A stretch of 64,000 bases of DNA from Lama glama. Its lineage: Eukaryota. The translations under genes and the position numbers were made by a program. The stretch spans positions 75,270,001-75,334,000 of the forward strand of contig CM052816.1 in assembly GCA_028534125.1 (NCBI GenBank). Direction: 5' to 3'. The notes under the pieces are model-generated. The model did not search any database. It saw nothing but the letters and a program-made list of their open reading frames with translations, and was not told where the DNA came from. Shown one piece after another: positions 25,239 through 35,905 of the stretch; position 1 is the first letter of the stretch, and every line of letters begins with the position of its first letter.

Positions 25239-25760
25239 AAGTTGTGGTATATTTATACAATGGAATACTATTCAGCCATAAAAATGACAACATAATTCCA
25301 TTTGCAGCAGCATGGATGTCCCTGGAGACTGTCATTCCAAGTGAAGTAAGCCAGAAAGAGAAAGAAAAATACCAAATAATATCACTTATATGTGGAATCT
25401 AAAAAAAAAGAAGACAAATGAACTTAAATATAAAACAGAAACAGACTCACAGACATAGAATACAAACTTGTGGTTACAGCGGGGAGGGTGGTGAGAAGGG
25501 ACAGACTGGGAGTTCGAGATTTGTAGATACTGACAGGTATATATAGAATAGATACTGACAGGTATATATAGAAATAGAAATTTATACTGTGTAGCACACG
25601 GAAATATATACAAGATCTTGTATTAGCTCATGCTGAAAAAAATATAAAAATGAATATATGTACATTCATGTATGACTGAAAAATTGTGCTGTACACCAGG
25701 AGTTGACACATTGTAAACTGATTATAACTCAATTAAAAAAAAATAAAGAGAAGAAAAAGA
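25239..25760 (+). mobile_element. Non-inverted 3' arm (ORF2 end, 3' UTR, A-rich tail) of the same young L1
   Basis: aagttgtggtatatttatacaatggaatactattcagccataaaa...ctcaattaaaaaaaaataaagag; perfect TSD agaaagtgacatggc at 24208-24222 and 25761-25775. Confidence 0.95.
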
Positions 25761-26894
25761 AGAAAGTGACATGGCCTGCCTATTCTTGGATGAGATTTCA
25801 TATTATTTTATTATATAGCAATTATGGTCTAGACTGTTTAATTACTTTCTTTTTATGAACATGCTTTAATTATTCAAGGACTTTTAAAGAAACCCACTTG
25901 GATAAAAACTCAATAATGCATCCATTTCCAATTCTATCATGTACAATTTAATACAGTTTGTATGTGTCTTCATCATCTTAAACCTCTTACTGTGTTTTGT
26001 AGGCAAAGAATGAGAAAAGTCATGAGAAAAATTGTATTTAGATATACAATAAAGAGAATGAACTATTTATCAAATTCTTAGACCATACCCTATTTACCAA
26101 ATAGTTCAGAAACCAGTCAGGGCAGCTTGGATACAGCCAGTGATGCTTACAAAATTAACTGCTTGTTCCTGAAGTATACAGAATGGCAGAAGCACTGCAG
26201 TTTGAAAAATTAAGAAACAAATTGCTTCAACAATAAATATTTTGTAACCAGACAAGATATCTTTTATGCCATAGGGCTGCTGAAGTATATCATTCTGTTC
26301 GAAGCTTTCAGTTGTGAACTCATTATATTTAGGAACTTACGCTTTAAGTGGGAAATAGATCTTGGTTTTAATTCTATGATATCGTCTGGGATTGGTGCAG
26401 GGGCTTGGAGTTTTGGTTGTCAAGAAAGGAGTGAAGGAGATGTGATAATCGTTCAAACCCAGCTGTACAGAGAGGGGGACAGGAAATAAAGCTGTGTGAA
26501 AAGGGACATTCTTTTGTGTGTAAGTGAATAAGCTTCATTTTGGTATTGCTGACAAATATTCCAACATGTAGCAGTAGGAAAGGCCATCTTTAGGTCTGAC
26601 AAACAATCATATTGGTATTAATCTGGGTTATAACTGAGAGATTAAATCCAGTGGGCAGATTGAAGGTCAATCTCAGTATCAAAACTTTGGTTAGTGAAGC
26701 AGAGAGAGGTTTCATTTACCTTCAAAGATGTATTTAATGAAATGTTTCAACCTTATTGATTCAAGTAGGTGCATGATCAAGCTCATTTTATTAAAGTCCA
26801 TGTAGGTTTGTTGCAGGTGTTCGTTTAAGTTATTCAATTAAAGTCTGACATGAGGTTAACTGTCACTCTCAGTATAAACACACTTTGAGACTTG

Positions 26895-27825
26895 TTTTTA
26901 CCTAGAAAGTCCACTTACAGAAACATACCTTACTGAGATGCTTATACATTTACAAAGTGATAGATGCACTAAGATGTTTCAGCATAGTTTGCAGTAGTAA
27001 AACATTGGAAATAACCTACATATCTATTAGTAGGGTTCTGTTTATTGATTTATTTATTTTTAAATTTATAATTTTTATTGAGTTATAGCCAGTTTACAAT
27101 GTTGTGTCAATTTCTGGTGTACAGCACAATTCTTTGGTCATGCATGAATATACATATATTCATTTTCATATTCTTTTTCACTGTGAGATACTGCAAGATA
27201 CTGAGTACATTTCCCTGTGCTATACAGTATAAACTTGTTTATCTATTTTGTATATACCAGTCAGTATCTGCAAATCTCACACTCCCTGTTTACCCCTTCC
27301 CACCCTTCTCCCCGCTGGCAACCACAAGTCTGTATTCTATGTCTGTGAGTCTGTTACTGTTTTATATATAAGTTCATTTGTCTTATTTATTTTTAGATTC
27401 CACTTATGAGTGCTATCATATGGTATTTTTCTTTCTCTAGTAGGGGTCTGTTTAAATAATTTAGGGTATAATGCAATACTCTGACAGCATTAAAAAAAAA
27501 TACTAAGACAGTTCTATTTGTCCAATGTGAAATCATCTTCAAAGTATATTAAGTGAAATCCATCATGCAGAAATCTGTATTATATGCAGCCATTTGTGTG
27601 CAAATATATTTTTAATGCTTATGTATGAATATATATTTATATTTATGCTCAGAATGCATAGAATATCCTTGGAAAAATACATACCAATTGGTCACAATCT
27701 TTAACCCTTAGGAGGTGAAAAGTTGTTGGAGACTAGGGATGAGAGGGAGATTTAAATTTCACCCTATATGTTATTTCTCATCTTTTGCCTTTGTATTGCG
27801 TATGTATTTTCTATTTAAAACATTA
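26895..27825 (+). mobile_element. Ancient L1 (L1ME/L1MC-type) 3' fragment, split by a nested young L1
   Basis: aaaacattggaaataacctacatatctattagtaggg...atattaagtgaaa...ggaaaaatacatacc...atgtattttctatttaaaa. Confidence 0.7.
27045..27437 (-). mobile_element. Young camelid-type L1 3' UTR fragment with TSD
   Basis: T-rich tail, then ttattgagttatagccagtttacaatgttgtgtcaatttctggtg...; TSD tagtagggttctgttta (27028-27044) vs tagtaggggtctgttta (27438-27454). Confidence 0.93.
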
Positions 27826-27899
27826 TTTTTAAAAATCCACCTGCCTGGGAAGAGCAAGTGGGTTTGTTACCTGTTCTCCAGAATACTTATTCATATTCC

Positions 27900-28068
27900 T
27901 ATGATCACATTTATCAAACTGTCTCCTGTTAGGCATTTTCTGTTGAATCTCCTTGCTAGTGGGTGAGCTTCTTAAGCTTAGAATTGTTTAATGCATTTTC
28001 ATACACTCAGTATCTAAAAAGTCTGGCACGTGATAAGGATTCAGTAATATTTGAATGAATGCATGCAT
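27900..28068 (+). mobile_element. LINE-2 3' end
   Basis: gtgagcttcttaag...gtctggcacgtgataaggattcagtaatatttgaatgaatg. Confidence 0.7.
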
Positions 28069-28839
28069 TTTTATATACCATGATTCTCTTTGGTTACTGC
28101 TTTTATTTTTTACTTTATTGTTTTATGATAATTTTGTAGACAAAATAATAGCTAAAATATATATATAGTATGAAAAGACATACTGAAAAGCAGACATCTC
28201 CTGTTCCCATCCCATCCCTTTTTGTAGAGACAACCACTTAACTTTCTTTTAGCTGTCTCTTCAGCTAAATGATGTTTCAAAATGGTAACCTTGCATCGAT
28301 GCTTACTGATCTGTCAGTTTTAGTCGCCATCTGTTGACTTCTTGGTATAGTACTTGATGACTACTTACTGATTGACTCCTACTGACTCTCATCTCCACTC
28401 CTTATTCTCTCATTATAATTATATTCCAATTTTCAGTTAAATAGATTAGTTGATGTTTACATTCCTATGACTAGGTCACTATTTTTCACTACTAAGCCAA
28501 GTAATGATATGTATTATTTCATACAATTTTTTAAAACTAAAGTTAAAGGTTGCATTTCTTAAAATTGTTGTTTTCTTTATGCTTACGGCTATTATGTTCC
28601 AAATATTCACAAAGACTTGTCACTTGCTTATACTAATTTTTCTAAATGCTCACAGTTCCAAATAGTGCATCAGGTCCATTTTTCCCTGGACACCCCAGTC
28701 CTGAGTCCTCCAACCTCCTGTCCTAAAATGTGTTGCCCAGATTTGCTGTGCAACTGTCATCTGGACTTACCTTTTCTGACCCTGTGTAGAACTTCCTATA
28801 GCTTGGATACTAAGTTCGTATCTTCCATGATAATGTAAA

Positions 28840-29070
28840 GATAATGATGATACTAATTAGCATTTATTTTGTGCCAGGCTCTGTTTATATGCATGAACCC
28901 ACTGAATGCTCATGAGGTAGGTACTATTCTTATCTCCATTTTACAGATGAAAAATAGAGGCATATGGCAGTTAAACAGTTTTTTTAATGGCACCAGCTAG
29001 TAAAAGAGTCAATATTCAAACCCAGGATTCTGATTCCAGAATCTGTGCCTTAATCATTTTAATACATTGT
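28840..29070 (-). mobile_element. MIR
   Basis: tgtgccaggctctg...atgaggtaggtactattcttatctccattttacagatgaaaaatagaggg...attcaaacccagg. Confidence 0.85.
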
Positions 29071-29653
29071 CTCTTGTCAAGATATGCCTTTATTACATAT
29101 TAAAGAGTACATAGAGGGTAAAATTTTTCTTTGCATATCAGAAAATGTCCTTATATTATGCTTATGATTGATTGATTGATATATTAGCTAGGTATAGAAT
29201 TTTGTTTTAACTCAGAATTTTGGAAGCATTATTTTTTAGCATCAATGTTACTTTTAAGAAATAAAATGCCATTTGACTCCCTGTGTATGACCTGTTTGTA
29301 CATAATCTCTGTAACCTCTTAGGAACTTCTGTTTAGAGTTTGAACTCTGATGATTATTTTCTTTTATTCAGTCAATTTTTTTCTGAGTAACTGATCTCCC
29401 TTTTAATCTGTAAACTTATATTTTTAGGTCTCAGAAATTTTCTTCTATTGCTTCTTTACTATTTCCTCCTTGCTCTTTTTATTTATCTGTTTATTTATAA
29501 AAGTCTTATTAGTCTGTGCCCATAGAGAGTCCTTTTCTCATTTGTTTTGAGTCCCTCTCTTTTATGCTGGAGACATCATTCAAATATCTGGTAATCTTGG
29601 ATGTCCACTCATATTTAAGGGCGAAAGACCAGACAGAGGTTTATTGGAAGTTC

Positions 29654-29678
29654 GATGATGATGATGATGATGATGATG
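29654..29678. repeat. (GAT)8 microsatellite
   Basis: gatgatgatgatgatgatgatgatg. Confidence 0.95.
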
Positions 29679-29799
29679 TGTGTATGTTGGAGGGGCTTAG
29701 GGATTAAGTTTATCAATTCTTAGGATTCACTCCAAGGTGATCAGAGGGGAGATGTGTCTTTTCACTGAAGTATACACCTCTCCTTGTTTTGTGGAAAAA

Positions 29800-29829
29800 T
29801 TTTTTGTTTTTGTTTTTGTTTTTGTTTTT
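29800..29829. repeat. (TTTTTG)n tandem repeat
   Basis: ttttttgtttttgtttttgtttttgttttt. Confidence 0.9.
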
Positions 29830-31999
29830 CTCAGAAGCTCTACAGGTTATCCAGAAAAGAATTTTCTAATCTTTTGTCTGTTTAGGCTTCTAACATTAGG
29901 AGAACTAGGCCAGTAAAGGATTTCCACTACTGAGTGCCCACCTTCATTTTCCGCCATACACATGCCCCTCCTGGATTACTTTCTCCAGAGCATAACCTTT
30001 GTCCTTCCCCCATGTAGGGAGAATCCTTGCCCAGTTGTATGGGAGGAGGAAGAGACCTATGGGGTCTAACTTCTCTGATTCATAGACTTATGATTAATGC
30101 TCCCCTCATTTTCAGCTTGCCTCCTCATTGCATCTTCCATGATATTTTTGCATCTAAATCCTATGCTTTTCTTGAGTTTTGTGGAAGGATTATCTTTCTT
30201 TTCATTGATATCTTCTCTTCAGGCCCTTGGGTTTCAGCTCCCTCTATTCTTCTACGTTATTTATAAATAATTCATTCTACTTTTAATCTTCCAGATATTT
30301 GTTGCTATCTCTATTTCCTTTCATATTCTCATTATTATGATAATTTTTAAATCTCTTTTCTTAGTTTGGGATGGGGACAGAGAGAAACACACATATTTAA
30401 TCTAAATTCATTCCACATCACATATTTTTAAATGGTGTCATGGCTAGCAAAATCATGGGACAGAGCTGCTGGTCTGGATCACACCAAAGAGGACGTTGTT
30501 GAGCTCTTTCTAAACTAGCTCTTATCAACCCATTATCGCTTTTGGTCCCACAGTTCTCATTCTCCATCTCACCCAAAAAAAGCAAGGTGTTTAAGATGAT
30601 AGACTGTGGATAAACTCTGTTCATTCCTAAGACTTTTCAATCAAGTGAAAGAATATGCTGAGTGAATTTATGACTCACATCACCAAGAAAAGTAATAAAA
30701 GCAGCATATGCTCTAATACAGAAAGAACATTTTCCTACCAAAATAATGCATTAGTATGGCACATATGAAAATGCACTCTGATTTCTTTCTATTTGTTATT
30801 TCATTGATGGTAAGTTTAAAAAAATTATTATTACGGTTTTATACAAATGAAAGTATAATACATTTTATAGTACCTATGATTTTTCTTCCCATGTTTCTAG
30901 ATTCAATTATAAACTTTATAAGCATTTTCAGATGTGCTTTTTCTGTCCATTTCTTACACATTTGAAAATACTTTTTATGAGATCCTTAAAAACAATTTTC
31001 TGACCCTTAAAGTTTGTATATAGTATTTTAAGGTCAAATTCTTATTAGAATTTTCATTCTATTTGGAGACTACAACACTTTAGATGATTAGGAAAAGAGG
31101 GCATGAAAGACAGCTATACTTGTTTTAAGTGTTGGTTAATGAGATCGAAGGAGAAAGATGAAAGAAATGAGTTTCCTTTTGTGTCTGTAGAGGGATAAGG
31201 GGAGAAAAGGAAGGAAAAACTTAATTGGGTAGTTTTTTTAAATTTTATTTTAAGATCTTGTTTCTGTTGGATAGGAAATTTGGGGCTTAAAACTCTTTAA
31301 AAATAGCAGAGATATACTTTCAAATTGAATTGAGGGGAAAGGTCTTTTGAGGTTAGTAAGAAGCATCCATAAGGGAGCTGAGACAGCAGCTTTTACCCCA
31401 GGCTATTTCAAAAGCCAGGAGCAGAGCTAAGAATAGAGGTTCGTAATGGCCAGTCCAGTTTTCAGACCACAGATACATGCTCCCTGGTCTCCACACCTGC
31501 TTACGTCATTTTAGAATATGCAGTGGTTGAACATTGCTAAAGAGACTATGAGTCACTTCCCTACTCAACCTCAATTTTTTCTTATTCCCTTGGTTCATTA
31601 TTGGATTGAAAGCAAAACTGAGGTAAAGACCAAGGACAAGGTTTCTGATCCGAGAAAGTGAATTGAGAATTGACCACATGTCAAATCCTCTCCCATTTGC
31701 TTCAAACTCATTAAAAAAAAAAGTGGGTAAAAACATATAAAAATTAAGAAAACACATAAATATTTCAAAATCTGGGAAGAAAAAATCTCTAGAGACCACA
31801 ATTAGAAATGCTTAAAAAAAAAAAAAAGACAAAAACCCAAGGGAATAAGTAGGAACTGAAGTTTAGTAAAATAAAGTTGTCCTGGGTGCCACCCCACAAG
31901 TGCTGGGGCTCCATGAAACTATTGTGATTTACACCGAAGATGACCTCCCTGGGTTCCTGAGAAGGTCAGTACAATGAAAAAAACATGCAGTGGCTTAGC

Positions 32000-32580
32000 A
32001 AGCTTAGAAATCTGTATCCCCCAACATGGGTACCATTGAGCAATCTGAAAAAAATTAAGATAAATATTTATAATATCTTTTAAAAGATAAAGAAATGAAT
32101 GGGAACACCAAAAACAAAATACAGGGGATAATAAAACAAGACTAAGAGATAATAAAGCAAAAAGCAGATGTAATGAAAATTACCATTTAGAACTCTAAGA
32201 ACTTAGTGAAATAGTTATTGAAATAAAAAGAAAACACAATTGCATGCATTGAATAGAAGACTGGAAACAGCTGAGGAGAGACTAATGAACTGGAAGAACA
32301 TAGCCCAAAGACACAGAAAAGAAAAATGTGAAAAAAGTGTTGGGAGACACAGAAGACTGAGAAAGTCCAACACACATGTGTTACAAATTCAGAAAGGAGA
32401 AAATACAGAGAATGGAAGAGAAACAATGTTTAAAAAAATTACGGCTGAGAATTCTCCAAAACATAAGACATATATCTAAGACTAAGACAGTACACCTTCT
32501 ATGTACTAAGCTAGAAAAACAACGACCTGGGGAAGCTAAAGGAGAAATTTTGAAAGTGGAGACTGAAAGTAAATGTAATT
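32000..32580 (+). mobile_element. Ancient L1 ORF1 fragment
   Basis: Peptide LNRRLETAEERL...LRKSNTHVLQIQKGENTENGRETMFKKITAENSPK resembles the L1 ORF1p coiled-coil end and RRM start. Confidence 0.75.
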
Positions 32581-33169
32581 TTTACCCATATTTATTTTAT
32601 TTCATTATCTCACCTCTATTTTTAGCATGTGTGCAGTATCACTGATTTTGTTGAATTCCCAAGGATTTAAGAAGCCTAATTCTCTTTGACGGGACAAGTA
32701 TCCGAACAGGAAGAGTAGTCCTGAAAGTGAATGCTGTGATGGGTGGAAAAGAAGGAAGCCCAGGGAGAACCAAGCCCAGTTGTAGCTGATGCCAATGCAC
32801 AAGGCAGAGGGGCTTCGAGCTAATAGTGTAGGATCAGCAGAGGGCCACCTGCCACGGTCAGGAGTAGAAGCCTCGTATTACGGTAGTTTACCCTGGAGAA
32901 AACATAGAGCCTTTGCATCTAGATAACAAGCTCTAGAAAGATCCTTAAAGTTGCAGACAGATATTGGAGATAGAAAGCAAACACTAGGACAAAGACTAGG
33001 AAGTAAATCTCCTACCAGTAGAAGCAAGAACAATATGACAGATTCTTTTTGAGGTGAGATTAGTGTTCAGGTGAGATCACATTTGTTTTATACAATTGGA
33101 GATAAGATACACAGTATATAAACTTTCCTCAAAGACAGGTTGGCTCAGAGTTCTACCCATACTGTTTCC

Positions 33170-33670
33170 AGTTTCTCACTTTCCATTCTTTTTCCTACTG
33201 AAATCAATCTGGCTGCTGCCCTCACCATTCTATTGAAAATGTTCATTCTAGTTCACCAATAACTTTTTACATCATCATCTCAGCAACATTTCACAAAGTT
33301 GAGCGCATCCTCTTTCTTTAGGGAGACACTTTATTCTACAGGCTTCTGCTACATGGGACTCTCATGGATTTTTCTTCTATCTCTTGAGCCACTTTGCCTC
33401 AGGGATTTGTAAATGTTATATTTAGGCTTTGTCCTGGACTTCTCTTCTCACTCAGTATTCTCACTCTGGATGAGATTTTTGAACAACTCTGGGTGAGATG
33501 ATTGAACACTACCTATATGCAAATAACTCCCAATTTTATACTTCCAGTGAAGCCCTTCCATCTGGGTTCCAGGACCATCCAACTGCCCGCATGCTGTCAC
33601 CACGGAAGGTTTTGCACAGGCATTGCCAGTATGTTCAAAACTGCACCTCTGCTCACACCCCATTTTCCTT
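33170..33670 (+). mobile_element. LINE-2 RT-region fragment
   Basis: tctcagcaacatttcacaaagttgagc...; relic HYLYANNSQFYTSS corresponds to the L2 YADD catalytic motif region. Confidence 0.8.
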
Positions 33671-35520
33671 ATTGTGTCAGAATCTGGCCTTTGATTAACT
33701 TGCTAGCTTTGTCCTCTGGTAACCTGATTGTGGTAAAATGTCAACCATGGTTTTAGGCAGAATTGGTCACGATAATATGACCCTGGATTTTTAAACTGGA
33801 TCTTACTAGCGGCAACTCTACGTACCTGACGTGGACATCAAAGCTTTGAGCTATCCTCAATATGATGACTCTTGTAACTGGACATATCTCTTGTAAGGAC
33901 GTGACATCTACTGCTTGGAGTTACCACATGTGACCCTGAGGCTCTCTTAGTCTCCTGGGCATTTCTCAGGCCTGTGGATAGAACAGAGCTCTCAAATATA
34001 AGGCACCTGCTTCTTCAGTTGATTTGATACCTAAATCAAAATAGATTCCATTAATGGAAAACAGAAGTATGGGAGACTAAATTATCACAGCTCGATTTCT
34101 AAGGAGTTGTCCCTGTGATGGGGGTAGGACGCTGACGTGTTGGTGAACCCTGCTGGGTTCTGACCACAGCACTGGACTGGTCTGCTGCTATGATTTTGGA
34201 GCAGAATGAGCTGCTTCCTTCTCCCATAGTCAAGCGGCCGCTGTGACTGGTGTTACCATCCCTTTCTCTTTCTCAATTGTCTTATCACTTAATCATTTTA
34301 AAAATAGTCAGATACCTCTGAAATAATGTAAAAATTAGGATAAAAGTAGAAATATCAATGTAGGTTAATAAATGACGCAGTGATGAAAAATGCTTCCATA
34401 ACCCAGTGACTTAGAAAGAAAGAAACCACCGTGGTTTTGCTGTGCAGTTTCTGGAGGAGAGAGAACTAAATTCTCAAATGTATGTGAAACAGATTACAGT
34501 GACTTAGTGGAGAGTTATTACTTCAAAAAAAATCATATTATTCCTCCTCCTCTTTTACAGATTTTTGAGGTAGGAGGGATAATTTCCTGATCTTTCACAG
34601 GATACAAGGAAAAAAGATATTTCAGTTATGTGTTACACTGCTCCTACAGACTTCTCTAACAGAATTCTTTTCCCTTCATTCTCAATGCATAACACACTGG
34701 TGTACCCTTTCTAGTTTTGTCTGTTGAGTCAATTTATGGATTATATAGAAAATATCTGGAAGGAGTCTTTTGCTTTAGTTTATTTACCAATAAACTCATA
34801 TAATACCAAATGGTATTGTATAATTTGATCATCCATTTCAGGCTCCAGATGTGGTCCAGATAATTTTTGGTCCTTTCAGGAAATAACACATCAATTGTTA
34901 GAAGACAAAGATTTGACACAACTGAGAATATTCTGAATGCATTTGCTGATAAAATAAAAAAGTTAATCATATACCAAAATGGAGTCCAGAACTTGCTATA
35001 ATCCATTTAATCAAAGACAAAATCTTTAGGCAATGACAATAGCAAGAAGAAAAAAACTTAACTCCTAAACAAAGAATAGTTTCAATAACTTTACAGATTC
35101 ATAAGCAGAAATTCTAAATTACTTACAGAATGCAAACTGTAACTCACTTGTTAATAATAGTACATAAAATCTAATTATCAAAGATTTCAAATGAAATTTT
35201 ATTTTATAAATACATACATACATAGATTTTACCTTACAAATACATTATAAAAATTTATTTTATAAGTCTGCCTTAAATATAGCAATGAATCTTTCAATTC
35301 TTGCAGAGTGAGGAGGACTCACTCTGTGTTTTTGTGTGGAAACATAATTTCTTGGTTACCCAGAGTACAAGGGCACTAAAGTAGAAGCCTACATAAACTG
35401 CTTGGGTTTTTTTTTCCTACGTGCCAGGAGGCACTTTGTTCTAAATGCTGATGAAATGGAATCAACCTGAAATTTCCATGCTGGGATTTGACAGCCCTCA
35501 CTCCAAAGTTTCTTCAACTT

Positions 35521-35538
35521 AAAAAAAAAAAAAAAAAA
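35521..35538. repeat. Poly(A) tract
   Basis: 18 consecutive A. Confidence 0.9.
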
Positions 35539-35560
35539 GAGTTAAATCTGGTGATGCTCA

Positions 35561-35905
35561 TGTCTTAGTCCATTAGGGGTGCTATAACACACTGTCGTAG
35601 GCTGGGCGACCTAGAACAACGGAAATTTATTTCTCACCATTCTGGAAGCTAAGAAGTCCGAGATCAAGGCACTGACTTGATGTCTGGTGAGAACTCACTT
35701 TCTGGTTCATACATAGGTGATTATTTTTTCACTGTATCTTCACATGGCCCAGGGGAAAGGAACGCTCTGGGGCCACTTTTATAAGGGTGCTAATGGCACT
35801 CATGAGGGCTCTGTCTTTGTGGTCTAATCATCTCCCTGAAACCCCACCTCCAGTCACATTGAGGCGTACGAATTATGGAGGAACACGAGCAGTCGGTCTA
35901 TAGCA
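35561..35905 (-). mobile_element. MLT1A-like MaLR solo LTR
   Basis: TG...CA termini; tgtcttagtcc..gctataaca...aaatttatttctcac.attctggaagct.agaagtccgagatcaagg...cttttataaggg..ctaat...catgagggctc...tctatagca. Confidence 0.9.

Larger units (their letters stand above)
28100..30400 (-). mobile_element. Highly degraded ancient L1/HAL1-like fragments
   Basis: T-rich antisense ORF1/5'-type sequence (gctaggtatagaattt..., tctcagaaattttcttctattgcttcttt...); family and boundaries uncertain. Confidence 0.45.
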
